Shown here: positions 47,924 through 58,654 of the stretch, one piece after another | Numbering within the stretch: the stretch's first letter is position 1 | How the letters are laid out: each line of letters begins with the position of its first letter | Assembly: GCA_050942625.1 (NCBI GenBank) | Contig: JBMNNS010000001.1 | Location: 8,891 to 72,890 of the forward strand | From: Dethiobacteria bacterium | GTDB lineage: Bacteria; Bacillota; Dethiobacteria; DTU022; UBA8154 | Length of the DNA stretch: 64,000 nt | Reading direction: 5' to 3' | Position numbers and translations under genes: made by a program | Notes under the pieces: model-generated | The model's database searches: none | What the model was told of the DNA's origin: nothing | What the model saw: only the letters and a program-made list of their open reading frames with translations

Positions 47924-49708
47924 TTAAATAGTCTTTTTATTATCCCTTGCTATAGTAGAAATATTCAGTTCTTCCAGTTGGGCTGCAGAAACAGGAGCAG
48001 GAGCACCTGTTAGCAAACAGGTTGCAGCTGCAGTTTTAGGAAAGGCGATTACATCCCTGATACTCCTTTTCCTGGCCATGAGCATCAGCAGGCGATCAAA
48101 ACCAAAAGCAATGCCTCCATGTGGTGGAGCACCATACTGAAAGGCCTGCAAAAGGAAACCGAATTTTTCCTGGGCCTCTTCTGTTGAGATCCCCAGAAGC
48201 CGGAAAATTTCTTCCTGTACCTCTTTTTTATGGATCCTGATGCTGCCGCCTGCTACCTCAATGCCATTATAAACAAGATCATAGGCCTGGGAGCGCATTC
48301 TAAGGGGTTCATCCCTTAAAAGGGGAAGATCCTCCTCCAGCGGTGCCGTAAAAGGATGATGCTCTGATGTATAACGGTTCTCTTCATAATCATAAGACAA
48401 CAAAGGAAAGTCCAGGACCCAAAGGAAACGATCCTCTTCCCGGGGAATCAGGTTGAGGAGTTCAGCTAAATATATTCTTAACTGTCCCAGTATTTTAAGG
48501 GCCAGATCCCGCTTGTCTGCTATAAAAAGAAGCAAGTCGCCTGTTTGAGCTTCCATTTTCTTTTTAATATTTTTCAGCTGTTCTGCACTAAAAAATTTTG
48601 CAACAGGGCTTTTAAAGCCATCTTCTGTAACGATCATCCAGGCCAGGCCATTGGCTCCCCAGGACTGGACCTTTAAAGTCAAATCGTCCAAATCCTTGCG
48701 GCTAAAAGAAGCGCACTTTTTAGCATTTAAACCTTTTACTACTCCTCCGCCCTTAAGAACATTCTTAAATACTTTAAAATTAGATTGGTGAGCGATTTCC
48801 CCCAGATCTACAATTTCCATGGCAAAACGGGTATCGGGTTTATCACTTCCGAAACGTTCCATAGCCTCCCGGTATGAAATATGAGGAAAAGGGACAGTTA
48901 CCTTCCGGCCCAAAACCTCCTGGAAAAGAAAGGCTACCAAACCCTCTACTTCTTTTATGATATCTTCACGCGTACAAAATGACATTTCCAGATCTATCTG
49001 GGTAAACTCCGGCTGGCGATCTGCTCTTAAATCCTCATCCCGGAAACAGCGGGCAACCTGAAAATATTTATCAAAACCGGAAACCATTAATAATTGCTTA
49101 AATAACTGGGGTGATTGGGGCAAGGCAAAAAAACTACCTGGTGTATTACGGCTGGGGACAAGGTAATCACGGGCCCCTTCAGGTGTACTGCGTGTTAATT
49201 CCGGTGTTTCTATTTCCCAGAATCCCTTTGAATCGAGATATTTTCTGACAGCCATCAAACTTTTATGCCGCATCCTGAGCGTTCTTTGCATCTCAGGCCG
49301 TCGTAAATCCAGGTACCTGTATTTTAAACGCAAGTTTTCATCGGTGTCGATAGCATCTTCGATATAAAAAGGAGGCGTGCGGGAGGTATTGAAAATATCC
49401 AGATCCAGGGCAATGATCTCAACCTCCCCTGTAGGGAGTGCCGGGTTAACCGTTTCAGGTGATCTGGCAACTACTGTACCCTGAACTGCTAAAACATATT
49501 CGGAACGCAACTTTTCAGCTTCGCTAAAAATAGAGGTATTTTTTTTATAATCAAACACCAATTGTATAATTCCAGAACGATCTCTTAAATCAATAAAGAT
49601 TAGACCCCCATGGTCCCTTCTACTCTGTACCCATCCAGCAACAACAACCTCTTCTCCGATATTTTCCCTGGAAATTACTCCGCAGTAATGAGTTCTTTTT
49701 AAACGCAT
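47924..49708 (-). CDS. aspS: Aspartate--tRNA ligase
   Basis: 'RTHYCGVISRENIGEEVVVAGWVQSRRDHGGLIFIDLRDRSG' is the AspRS anticodon-binding N-terminus. It is 594 aa. Confidence 0.95.
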   Translation of the reverse strand: MRLKRTHYCGVISRENIGEEVVVAGWVQSRRDHGGLIFIDLRDRSGIIQLVFDYKKNTSIFSEAEKLRSEYVLAVQGTVVARSPETVNPALPTGEVEIIALDLDIFNTSRTPPFYIEDAIDTDENLRLKYRYLDLRRPEMQRTLRMRHKSLMAVRKYLDSKGFWEIETPELTRSTPEGARDYLVPSRNTPGSFFALPQSPQLFKQLLMVSGFDKYFQVARCFRDEDLRADRQPEFTQIDLEMSFCTREDIIKEVEGLVAFLFQEVLGRKVTVPFPHISYREAMERFGSDKPDTRFAMEIVDLGEIAHQSNFKVFKNVLKGGGVVKGLNAKKCASFSRKDLDDLTLKVQSWGANGLAWMIVTEDGFKSPVAKFFSAEQLKNIKKKMEAQTGDLLLFIADKRDLALKILGQLRIYLAELLNLIPREEDRFLWVLDFPLLSYDYEENRYTSEHHPFTAPLEEDLPLLRDEPLRMRSQAYDLVYNGIEVAGGSIRIHKKEVQEEIFRLLGISTEEAQEKFGFLLQAFQYGAPPHGGIAFGFDRLLMLMARKRSIRDVIAFPKTAAATCLLTGAPAPVSAAQLEELNISTIARDNKKTI

Positions 49709-49778
49709 GGATTTTCAGCCGGTTGGGCTGCCAGCCCCCTTCCTTGTCATACAGGTAAACATTGGGAACCTAATGACA

Positions 49779-51032
49779 CTAATATAATAAAAAATTGATT
49801 AAATCGGTTTCAGAAAGTTCTTGCTGTTCCCCGCTTTCCATATCTCTGAGCAAGACCTTGTTTTTGTTCTCTTTCTCCAAAATAATCACATAACGGAACT
49901 TTTTCCTGCCGGCATATTTCATCTGTGCTTTTAAACTACGGTTTTGGTAATCTATATCTGCCTTAATACCTTTGTCACGCAAAAGATAAAGCAGTCTAAA
50001 AGCATCTTTTTTCAGTTCCGGGGCTTCAATAGCCAGAAAAGTCCCGATGACTGCCTCTTTTTTGGGTTTTATACCCTCTTGTTCCATAGCAAGCAGTATC
50101 CTTTCAATCCCGGCAGCCATACCGACCCCAGGGGTAGGTGGACCGCCACAGATCTCTACTAAATTATCATAGCGCCCTCCTCCACCCAGTGATCCCTGGG
50201 CACCCAGATAATCAGAAATAAATTCAAAGGCTGTATTTGTATAATAGTCCAGCCCCCTCACCAGGTAGGGATCAAAAAAATAGGGAATATTTAAGCTTTC
50301 CAGCAATTCTTGAACCTCCTGAAGCTGTTCATAACAGGAGGAACACAAACAAGTATGCATTTGGGGGGCTTCCTTCATAATAGCACGGCAAGAATTTTCC
50401 TTACAATCCAAAAGGCGCAGGGGATTGGTTATAACCCTCCTTCGACAATCCGGACATAACAAGGCAGATTTTGCAGCAGCAAAGTCGTTAAGGACTTTTT
50501 GATAAGAAGGCCTGCAGTTGCGGCAACCAACGCTATTAAGGTGCAGTTTGACTCCTTTTAATCCCAGCCTTGAAAAAAAGTCAGCCGTTAATTTAATAAT
50601 TTCAACATCCGTAGCCGGATCCTGGGAACCGAAACATTCCAACCCAAATTGAAAAAATTGTCTCTGCCTGCCGGCTTGAGGACGGTCATACCTGAACATG
50701 GGACCAAAGTAAAAAAGTTTTACCGGTTGTACAGCGTTATACAATCCATGTTCAATATAAGCACGGGCGACAGCGGCAGTTCCCTCCGGCCTGAGTGCTA
50801 ATTCCCTTTTTCTTTTACTTCTATCATGAAATAAATACATTTCTTTTTTTACTACGTCACTTTCCTCCCCTACACTGCGAATAAAAAGTTGAGACTCCTC
50901 AAATATAGGGGTAATGATTTCCTCAAAACCATAAAGTTGACATAATTTTCTAAATTCCTCAACTAGATACCGCCACCTTGCAGCCTCTTCAAACATCACG
51001 TCCCGGGTTCCCCGTGGAGCTTTATAACCCAT
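49779..51032 (-). CDS. hisS: Histidine--tRNA ligase
   Basis: 'MGYKAPRGTRDV' is the HisRS N-terminus. It has class II motifs and a C-terminal anticodon-binding domain. Its position upstream of aspS matches. Confidence 0.93.
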   Translation of the reverse strand: MGYKAPRGTRDVMFEEAARWRYLVEEFRKLCQLYGFEEIITPIFEESQLFIRSVGEESDVVKKEMYLFHDRSKRKRELALRPEGTAAVARAYIEHGLYNAVQPVKLFYFGPMFRYDRPQAGRQRQFFQFGLECFGSQDPATDVEIIKLTADFFSRLGLKGVKLHLNSVGCRNCRPSYQKVLNDFAAAKSALLCPDCRRRVITNPLRLLDCKENSCRAIMKEAPQMHTCLCSSCYEQLQEVQELLESLNIPYFFDPYLVRGLDYYTNTAFEFISDYLGAQGSLGGGGRYDNLVEICGGPPTPGVGMAAGIERILLAMEQEGIKPKKEAVIGTFLAIEAPELKKDAFRLLYLLRDKGIKADIDYQNRSLKAQMKYAGRKKFRYVIILEKENKNKVLLRDMESGEQQELSETDLINFLLY

Positions 51033-51122
51033 TTTAACCTCAACCCCCAAGATTTCCCTTTACCAAAAAAAGAGAAGATACACACTGATTTTAGCCAATA
51101 CTGGCTGTATTGTCAACTTGCC

Positions 51123-51572
51123 CTAAAATTGTTTCCTGCTATCCAGGAGGATCGTTACAGGTCCTTCATTGTGGACATTTACCCTCATTTTTGCCTGGAA
51201 AATACCGCTTGCTACCATAAAACCCTTTGTTTCTAGCAGCTTGCATAGTTTTTTGTAAAGCCGGGCAGCTTTTTCAGGTGTAGCTGCTGCAATAAAACTG
51301 GGGCGAAGCCCCTTCCGGCAGTCGCCATACAAAGTGAACTGGGATATGCAAAGTATTTCCCCTCCTACCTCGCCAAGAGAGAGGTTCATTTTGCCCTTAC
51401 TATCTTCAAAAATGCGTAAACCAGTAATTTTATCTGCTAGGTAGAGGCAGTCCTTCTCATCGTCCTCCTCACCAACACCTATAAATACTACTATTCCCCT
51501 GTTAATCCGGCCTACCACCTTGCCGTCTACCTCCACCCAGGATTTCCCTGCCCTTTGCACAACAACCCGCAT
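51123..51572 (-). CDS. dtd: D-aminoacyl-tRNA deacylase
   Basis: 'MRVVVQRAGKSWVEVDGKVVGRINRGIVVFIGVG...SQFTLYGDCRKGLRPSF' matches Dtd, including the SQFTL motif. It is 149 aa. Confidence 0.93.
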   Translation of the reverse strand: MRVVVQRAGKSWVEVDGKVVGRINRGIVVFIGVGEEDDEKDCLYLADKITGLRIFEDSKGKMNLSLGEVGGEILCISQFTLYGDCRKGLRPSFIAAATPEKAARLYKKLCKLLETKGFMVASGIFQAKMRVNVHNEGPVTILLDSRKQF

Positions 51573-51576
51573 TATA

Positions 51577-53781
51577 TCACCATTCTTTCTTTAAGTTCTG
51601 GCGCAAAGGTTTACCCCTGGAACCGGCGCCCGTATAACGCCTGACAGAATAAACATCTTTCACCCGTTTGATCCTGTTCATAATAAAATCTAGATGCTCC
51701 AGGTTTTTTACCACAAAGGTCAAATTGATAATAGCAGTTTTGTCCCTGGTAGTTCGACCGTTGATAGCCGTAATATTGACCTTACTTTCGCTAACCGTCT
51801 GCATAATTTCACTTAAAAGACTGGTACGATCCATAGCTGTGACTTCAATTTCAACGGGGTAGCAAAGGTTTTCATCAGCTTCCCATTCAACTTTGATATA
51901 ACGTTGTTCTTTCTCCCTGTCCCATGTAACATTAGAACAGTCTTTGCGATGAATGGAAACACCTTTTCCCCTAGTGATAAACCCAATTATCTCATCGCCA
52001 GGAAGGGGATTACAACATTTGGAAAAGCGGACCAGAAGGTTGTTGAGCCCCTGGACCCTTACCCCCCGTGCTGCTTTGAAAGCACCCTCCCAGGGTTTAA
52101 TATCAATAAATGGTTGTTTTTCTTTTATCCCAAATTTTTTTCTGTATTCATCTTTAAGCCTGGTAATGATCTGTTGTGCAGAAACGCCCCCATAGCCAAC
52201 AGCAGCATAAACATCTTCTGAGGATAAAAGATTGAACCTCCTGCCTACCTCCTCCAAAAGTGGTTCCTTGAGGATAAGGCTGGGATCGAGATTCTGCCTG
52301 CGCAATTCTCTTTCCATATTCTCCTTGCCCTTACAAATATTTTCTTCTCTTCTTTCTTTTTTAAACCAGGCCCTAATTTTGCTTTTAGCCTGGGAGCTTT
52401 TTACCATTTTCAACCAATCCCTGCTGGGGTTCCCTTGTTTGCTGGTAATAATATTCACAATATCGCCTGTTTTAAGTTCATATTCAAGGGGTACAAGTCG
52501 CCCATTAACTTTAGCACCCACACAGTGGTTGCCAATATCGGTATGAATTTTATAAGCAAAGTCCAGAGTAATGGAACCGGCAGGAAGATCAATAACATCC
52601 CCCTTGGGGGTAAAAACAAAAACTTCATCTGTAAACAGGTCTATTTTCAAATGTTCCATAAATTCATGGGAGTCCTTTAGGTCTTGCTGCCATTCTAGTA
52701 GCTGTCTAAGCCAGGAAAGTTTTTCCTCAAATTCCTGGACGTTTTTTACCTTCTCCTTATACTTCCAGTGGGCTGCAATACCATATTCCGCGGTGCGGTG
52801 CATATCCCAGGTGCGAATTTGGACCTCTAATAATTCATTTTCAGGACAAACAACGGTTGTATGCAGGGATTGATACATGTTTGGTTTGGGCATGGCGATA
52901 TAATCGTTAAAATGTCCCGGGATGGGACGCCACTGGGTATGGACAATCCCCAGGACGGCATAACAGTCCTTAACACTATCTACTATAATTCGAATAGCAG
53001 TTAGATCATAGATTTCATTGAAATTTTTGCCCTGTTCTTTCATCTTGTTATAGATACTATAAATATGCTTGGGCCGGCCACTGATCTCTGCCTTAATACC
53101 TGCTTCCTGCAGTTTATGATTAATATCAACGATTACGCTATTGATAAATTCTTCCCTTTCCCTGCGCTTTTTGGCTAATTTATTTACAAGATAATAGTAT
53201 TCCTTTTTGTTTAAAAAACGAAAAGCCAGATCATCCAATTCCCATTTAATTTTATAAATTCCCAGGCGGTGGGCCAGGGGGGCATAGATTTCCAGTGTTT
53301 CCCGTGCTATTTCCATTTGTTTGGCTTTACTAAGATGGTGGAGTGTTCGCATATTATGCAACCTGTCAGCCAGTTTCACAAGGATGACCCTGATGTCTCT
53401 TGCCATCGCCACAAACATTTTGCGCCAGGTTTCAGCCTGATGTTCTTCTTTAGAACGAAATTCTATGCGGCTTAACTTTGTCACCCCATCTACCAGGGAA
53501 GCTACTTCTTCGCCAAACTCCTCTTCAATCTCCTCATAGCTAACCAGAGTGTCCTCCAGGACATCGTGAAGCAAGCCCGTGACAATGGTTACCAGGTCAA
53601 GCTCCAGATCGGAAAGAATAAGGGCTACACCCAGCGGATGAATAATAAAAGAATCGCCTGAAACCCTTTTCTGTCCTTCATGAGCCTTCAGGGCAAAGTT
53701 ATAGGCTTTTTGAATAAGCGCCCAATCTTCCTTTTTATAGTTATATTTTGTGAAAACTTGCTTTAATTGCCGCAGACTCAT
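51577..53781 (-). CDS. relA: Bifunctional (p)ppGpp synthetase/hydrolase RelA/SpoT
   Basis: It is 734 aa with an N-terminal HD hydrolase domain ('HPLGVALIL...LHDVLEDT'), a RelA/SpoT synthetase domain, and TGS and ACT domains. Confidence 0.95.
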   Translation of the reverse strand: MSLRQLKQVFTKYNYKKEDWALIQKAYNFALKAHEGQKRVSGDSFIIHPLGVALILSDLELDLVTIVTGLLHDVLEDTLVSYEEIEEEFGEEVASLVDGVTKLSRIEFRSKEEHQAETWRKMFVAMARDIRVILVKLADRLHNMRTLHHLSKAKQMEIARETLEIYAPLAHRLGIYKIKWELDDLAFRFLNKKEYYYLVNKLAKKRREREEFINSVIVDINHKLQEAGIKAEISGRPKHIYSIYNKMKEQGKNFNEIYDLTAIRIIVDSVKDCYAVLGIVHTQWRPIPGHFNDYIAMPKPNMYQSLHTTVVCPENELLEVQIRTWDMHRTAEYGIAAHWKYKEKVKNVQEFEEKLSWLRQLLEWQQDLKDSHEFMEHLKIDLFTDEVFVFTPKGDVIDLPAGSITLDFAYKIHTDIGNHCVGAKVNGRLVPLEYELKTGDIVNIITSKQGNPSRDWLKMVKSSQAKSKIRAWFKKERREENICKGKENMERELRRQNLDPSLILKEPLLEEVGRRFNLLSSEDVYAAVGYGGVSAQQIITRLKDEYRKKFGIKEKQPFIDIKPWEGAFKAARGVRVQGLNNLLVRFSKCCNPLPGDEIIGFITRGKGVSIHRKDCSNVTWDREKEQRYIKVEWEADENLCYPVEIEVTAMDRTSLLSEIMQTVSESKVNITAINGRTTRDKTAIINLTFVVKNLEHLDFIMNRIKRVKDVYSVRRYTGAGSRGKPLRQNLKKEW

Positions 53782-53802
53782 TCTTACACCCCGGTCAGGA
53801 CC

Positions 53803-56271
53803 CTAATTTGTAAACCTTTTTACTATTTCTTCCCCTTTGGCCATTAAAAGATATTGTTGCCAAAATAAAGTTTTTTCCCACCTTTCCTTTTCCTGGCGAA
53901 AGACATCCAATTTCCCAACATCACTTAAAAGGGAACAATAGTTAGTTTTTTCCCCCGTGGACAAAAATAGTTTATTATTATTATTGCCCAGGTAGCGGGC
54001 CTTTTCTAAAATTGCCATGCTTTGTTTCAAAAGATGTCTCGTTGTGGCAAAGGGAAGCATGCCCGGAAGCCTTTTGTAAACCTCCTCCAGGGCAATACTT
54101 TTCCCGGCAGCGATTTCCTCCAGGGAAAAATAAATATGTTCCATAGAGGAAAAAGAAGGAAGCGTAGCCCTGAGTAATTTTATATTGTCTGCAAAGTCCT
54201 CTTCCCCATATATTAAATGAATTTTTAGCAAAGAGGTTTCCAGCTGGTTGCTCAACAGGGATTCTACCAAATCTATAAATATATTTTCTCTCAAGGGGAG
54301 ATCATGGAGCACCAGGTGTTGTAAACCTAAAAGATGGTTATTCTCAGGAAGCTTGCCCTGGTGGGAAAAATAAATATTCTTGAAACCAGAAAAAACATTT
54401 TTTAATTGCTGGAGCCGTCGTGCAGTATTAACAAAAACTAATACCTTTTCTCCAGCCCGTAAAAGTTCCCGGATATAAGCTTTCTTTTCCTTTAAATTCC
54501 GGCGGTTAATAATAAATAAATTATTACCAACATGTTCATCGCTGTAAGAAAAATAATGTACCTCCAGCTGCAGGGCATTCCTACCCCGCCAACGATCAAA
54601 AGAAACAGTAAAAAGAAAATCCACTTCCCTAAAAATTGAAACCGGTGGCAACTTGCTTTTACCATTAAAACAAATTCCAGAAAAATGATGATTATTTTTG
54701 TTTAAAGTAAACCTTAGATGTTGCCCACCTTTACCTACCTCCCATTTTTGAGCCAAAACCCACCCCTCTCCATAAAATAAGGGAGGTGGGTTCCCAAAGC
54801 CAAAAGGTTCAAGGGTTTCCAAAATCCTTACCAGCTCCGGGGTTATTTCCTCAGGGTTTAATTTACCATCTATGTAATAGCTGGGGGCGGGACATTGATC
54901 CCTAAAAAATTTCTGGGCTAAAATATTCAGCCTTTCACGCAGGGAGGGGATCTGTTCAGCATTGATAGTTAACCCCACAGCTGCCTGATGCCCCCCATAA
55001 GCTTCCAGAAGGTGACTGCACTGCTGTAGGGCAGCGATCAAGTTAAAGTTTCCCCTGGTCCTTCCGGAGCCTTTTCCCTGGGAACCCTCCAGCGCAATTA
55101 AAATAACCGGGAGGTTATATTTTTCTGCAAGGCGGCTGGCAACTATACCCAGGACACCAGGATGCCATTTTTCACGTGCCAACAGTAAAAAATAGTTTTC
55201 CATAACTATTTCCGGATATTTTTCTACCATCTTACAGGCTTCAGCCATGATTTCATTTTCCAGCTTTTGACGCTGAATATTTTTCTCGTGCAATTTTTGA
55301 GCTTTCTTCTGAGCAACCTTTTCGTCAACTTCCAGAAGTAAAGAAAGTGAAAGGGAAGCATCGCCAAGGCGCCCGGCAGCATTTAGCCGGGGTGCAACGA
55401 TAAAAGCTATATCTTCAGCAGTAAGGGCCTTGTTTCCTAAACCAGCGATCGTGCAAAGGGCTTTTAAGCCCGGGCGCATCTTGTTTGCCATGGCTGCCAG
55501 ACCCTTTGCAACCATGATTCTGTTTTCGCCGGTAAGGGGAACTACATCAGCTACGGTACCCAGGGCAACCAGGTCAAGATAATCCATCACATTCACATTG
55601 CCAGAATTAGCCCGGCTAAGAAGGGCCTGCCCCAGTTTGAAAGCTATCCCAACACCACAAAGATCTTTAAAAGGATAGCTGCAATCGGTTCTGAGAGGAT
55701 TAATTATTGCAGCAACATCAGGCAAGTTTTCCAGTGGCTGATGATGGTCGGTAATGATTACTTCCATTCCAAGTTCACGTGCATAATGCAATTCTGCATC
55801 GTTGCTGATGCCACAGTCAACAGTGATAAGCAATGTAGCTCCCTGTTTTTTAAGATACTCCAGGGCCCCTTTGTGCAGGCCATACCCCTCAGTCAGGCGG
55901 TTTGGAAGGTAATAAAGAACATCCCCGCCAAGTTTTTGCAGCAATGAATATAAAAGGGCTGTAGCCGTAATACCATCAACATCATAGTCACCATAGATGG
56001 CAATTTTTTCGCCCTGTCCCCTGAATTTATTAATAATTTCCACTGCAGAATCCATGTCCTTCATCAAAAAAGGGGAATATAGCCTTGCCGGATCAGGTTC
56101 CAGAAACTCCTTTCCTTCCTCAACGGTATTAATTCCCCTGTTGAGCAAAACCTGGGCAACAACTACCGGGATATTTAACCTTTGGGCCATTATAAATGCT
56201 TTTTCCTTATTTTCAGGGTAAAAACGCCATCCCTTTTGCTTCTGTACATGGTTAATATTTGGTATTTTCAA
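53803..56271 (-). CDS. recJ: Single-stranded-DNA-specific exonuclease RecJ (DHH/DHHA1) with extended C-terminal region
   Basis: 'IAIYGDYDVDGITATALL' is the DHH motif and 'GGGH' is the DHHA1 motif. The N-terminus aligns to B. subtilis RecJ ('KGWRFYPENKEKAFIMAQRLNIP' against 'KMRWEIQRPDQDKVKSLTEQLHITP'). The start is uncertain: TTG at 56271 (RBS GGGAGGAAG) or ATG at 56358. Confidence 0.88.
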   Translation of the reverse strand: MKIPNINHVQKQKGWRFYPENKEKAFIMAQRLNIPVVVAQVLLNRGINTVEEGKEFLEPDPARLYSPFLMKDMDSAVEIINKFRGQGEKIAIYGDYDVDGITATALLYSLLQKLGGDVLYYLPNRLTEGYGLHKGALEYLKKQGATLLITVDCGISNDAELHYARELGMEVIITDHHQPLENLPDVAAIINPLRTDCSYPFKDLCGVGIAFKLGQALLSRANSGNVNVMDYLDLVALGTVADVVPLTGENRIMVAKGLAAMANKMRPGLKALCTIAGLGNKALTAEDIAFIVAPRLNAAGRLGDASLSLSLLLEVDEKVAQKKAQKLHEKNIQRQKLENEIMAEACKMVEKYPEIVMENYFLLLAREKWHPGVLGIVASRLAEKYNLPVILIALEGSQGKGSGRTRGNFNLIAALQQCSHLLEAYGGHQAAVGLTINAEQIPSLRERLNILAQKFFRDQCPAPSYYIDGKLNPEEITPELVRILETLEPFGFGNPPPLFYGEGWVLAQKWEVGKGGQHLRFTLNKNNHHFSGICFNGKSKLPPVSIFREVDFLFTVSFDRWRGRNALQLEVHYFSYSDEHVGNNLFIINRRNLKEKKAYIRELLRAGEKVLVFVNTARRLQQLKNVFSGFKNIYFSHQGKLPENNHLLGLQHLVLHDLPLRENIFIDLVESLLSNQLETSLLKIHLIYGEEDFADNIKLLRATLPSFSSMEHIYFSLEEIAAGKSIALEEVYKRLPGMLPFATTRHLLKQSMAILEKARYLGNNNNKLFLSTGEKTNYCSLLSDVGKLDVFRQEKERWEKTLFWQQYLLMAKGEEIVKRFTN

Positions 56272-56359
56272 GGTCCTTTTTCTTCCTCCCTGGGGAGAGA
56301 GAAGGCTTCTGTAATTATAAATTGGTGCATAAGCCCACCCACCCTCCTGGACCGGCATT

Positions 56360-57283
56360 CTAAGCCGGTGCTTTTTGTTTTTTCCCTTCGGCAGGTTTCC
56401 ACAGGAACCAAAGAGGACCGGCAATAAAAATGGAGGAATAAGTTCCGGATATAACCCCGATCAAGAGAGCAAGAGCAAAAACCTTGAGATCCATACCCCC
56501 TACAAAATAGTTAAAAGCTATAAAGAGGGAGATCAAAACTATAAGTGTAGTCGTAGAGGTATTAATGCAGCGTATTATACTTTCATTAATGCTATCATTG
56601 ACTACTTCCCCTATGGTCCTGTTCCTCCGGTACTTAAGGTTTTCTCTGATGCGATCAAAAATAACGATCGTATCATTGATCGAATAACCTATGGTTGTTA
56701 ATATCGCTGCAATAAAAGGGCTATTAATTTCAATCCTGAAGATGGAAAAAATGGTTAAAATTAAAAAAGCATCATGGATAAGGGTAATAATGGCCGCAAG
56801 GGCAAACCTAAACTCAAAACGTAACGTTATATACAAAATCATACCTACGGCAGCAATGAGCAACGCTAAAAAAGCTTCTTTAGTTAACTCCTTGCCGATT
56901 AGGGCTCCAACGTTATCAACACGCAAGATATCCTCGGAGGTCATCCCGGGCCAACGTTCCTTAAAGGCCTCAATAATTTCGTTCCTGGTAGAATCGTCCA
57001 GAGAAGGGGTTTTTATAATAACTTCATCCCCCCCGCCTGTTGCACTATGGCCGGCTCTTTGCAAAGGGGCCCCCTCCTGTCCAAAAGGAGATAACACCTC
57101 CCGGATCTCTTCCATCGCATACCCCTCGGTAAGGCGTAGATGGATGATTGTACCCCCTGTAAAGTCGATCCCCAAGTTTAACCCATTTAAAAAGAGGGAA
57201 AAGATCCCGATGATAATAAGAATACCGGAAAACAAGAAGGCACCGTTTTTATATTTTAAAAAAGGAATTTTAGGCCTGGCCAT
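56360..57283 (-). CDS. secF: Protein translocase subunit SecF
   Basis: It is 307 aa. 'GLDFTGGT' and six transmembrane segments are typical of SecF. Confidence 0.92.
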   Translation of the reverse strand: MARPKIPFLKYKNGAFLFSGILIIIGIFSLFLNGLNLGIDFTGGTIIHLRLTEGYAMEEIREVLSPFGQEGAPLQRAGHSATGGGDEVIIKTPSLDDSTRNEIIEAFKERWPGMTSEDILRVDNVGALIGKELTKEAFLALLIAAVGMILYITLRFEFRFALAAIITLIHDAFLILTIFSIFRIEINSPFIAAILTTIGYSINDTIVIFDRIRENLKYRRNRTIGEVVNDSINESIIRCINTSTTTLIVLISLFIAFNYFVGGMDLKVFALALLIGVISGTYSSIFIAGPLWFLWKPAEGKKQKAPA

Positions 57284-58522
57284 CTATAATACCTCCCTCA
57301 CCCTTATACCTAGATAAGCCACATTTTTAATCATTCCTGCCCGTGCTGCCAGACGCAACAAAAACCTGGTCAAGAAAAAGGCCGATATGATACTGGCAAA
57401 AGTGCCCACCAGTAGGACAACAGCAAACCCCCTGATGGAACCGCTGGCTACTATAAACAGGACTACCCCTGCAATAACAGTAGTTATATTGGAATCAAGT
57501 ATGGCGGTAAAAGCACGGCTAAAACCAATATTAATAGCCGTTAGGGTTGTCCTTCCCTTTTCAAGTTCCTCCTTAATGCGTTCAAAAATCAGGACATTGG
57601 CATCGACGGCCATGCCTACGGAAAGGATTAGACCGGCAATCCCCGCTAAAGTGATCGTAGCCTTGATACCTGCCAACACCAAAAAAACCAGAGCAAGGTA
57701 GGTAAGGAGGGCAATGCTGGCAACAAGGCCGGCAAAACGGTAAAAATAGATCATATAAGCCATCACAATTAAAAAACCAATAATACCTGCTAAAAAACTT
57801 AAACGCAGAGAATTTTCTCCCAGTACCGGCCCTATGGAACGGGTCTCTAGCTCTTCCAGGTCTACCGGGAGGGCACCTGAGCGTAACATCAAGGCCACGT
57901 TGCTGGCTTCCTCTGCAGTAGGGATACCGGTAATAACAGCATGTCCATCGGAAATTACATTCCTAACCGAAGGGGCAGAAACAAGCTCATCGTCGAGATA
58001 AATGGCAATTACCTGTCCCAGGTACTTTTCGGTTGCTTCGGCGAACTTTTGGCTCCCTTCAGCATCGAATTCAAGGGCAACCAGGGGTTCATTATTATTT
58101 CCACGTGTAAAATGGGCTGTCTTCAGGTTAGCCCCGGTAAGCAGCACTTCACCTTCAGTATTCTTAAAAGTCAAAAGCGCTGTTTTGCCAATAATATCCA
58201 TTGCCTGGGTTTGATCCTTTATTCCCGGCAGTTCGATCCTGATCCTGTTGTCACCTTCGCGCTGTAGTACCAATTCCCCAACACCAAGCTCATCAACCCT
58301 GTTTTGGATGATAGCCATTGCCCTTTGAATAGCATCGCGATCTACTTCGGTATCTGCAGTTTTTTTAGCTTCCAGTAGAACATAGACCCCACCTTCCAGG
58401 TCAAGGCCTTTTTTGAGGTAGCTTTCCCAGTTATAAAGAAAGAAAGCTGAAAGAACCACGAGTACCAAGGATACTAGAATAAAATGTAATGGTGACTGGA
58501 TACGTTTCTTTTTTCCCGACAT
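57284..58522 (-). CDS. secD: Protein translocase subunit SecD
   Basis: It is 412 aa. 'LDLEGGVYVLLEA' is present and the C-terminal transmembrane bundle is homologous to SecF. Confidence 0.92.
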   Translation of the reverse strand: MSGKKKRIQSPLHFILVSLVLVVLSAFFLYNWESYLKKGLDLEGGVYVLLEAKKTADTEVDRDAIQRAMAIIQNRVDELGVGELVLQREGDNRIRIELPGIKDQTQAMDIIGKTALLTFKNTEGEVLLTGANLKTAHFTRGNNNEPLVALEFDAEGSQKFAEATEKYLGQVIAIYLDDELVSAPSVRNVISDGHAVITGIPTAEEASNVALMLRSGALPVDLEELETRSIGPVLGENSLRLSFLAGIIGFLIVMAYMIYFYRFAGLVASIALLTYLALVFLVLAGIKATITLAGIAGLILSVGMAVDANVLIFERIKEELEKGRTTLTAINIGFSRAFTAILDSNITTVIAGVVLFIVASGSIRGFAVVLLVGTFASIISAFFLTRFLLRLAARAGMIKNVAYLGIRVREVL

Positions 58523-58654
58523 TTTTCTCCCCCTCCTGCAACTTTAAAAAGTTCAGCATACATGGTCCAATTATCTGCTGTTTAGATAAAAATGCTACGC
58601 CTTTATCATAACACAATCCGGGCCCGTTACCAAGAAAAAAAGAAGGGGCCTTTC

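Noticed and set aside
51051-51122. Possible T-box leader upstream of hisS
   Set aside because: The gap between dtd and hisS is only about 70 nt, too short for a T-box of about 250 nt. It contains only a small hairpin and the RBS. hisS is probably co-transcribed with relA-dtd.
56691-57317. 208-aa plus-strand ORF
   Set aside because: It is entirely antisense to secF and the start of secD, and it has no similarity to known proteins.
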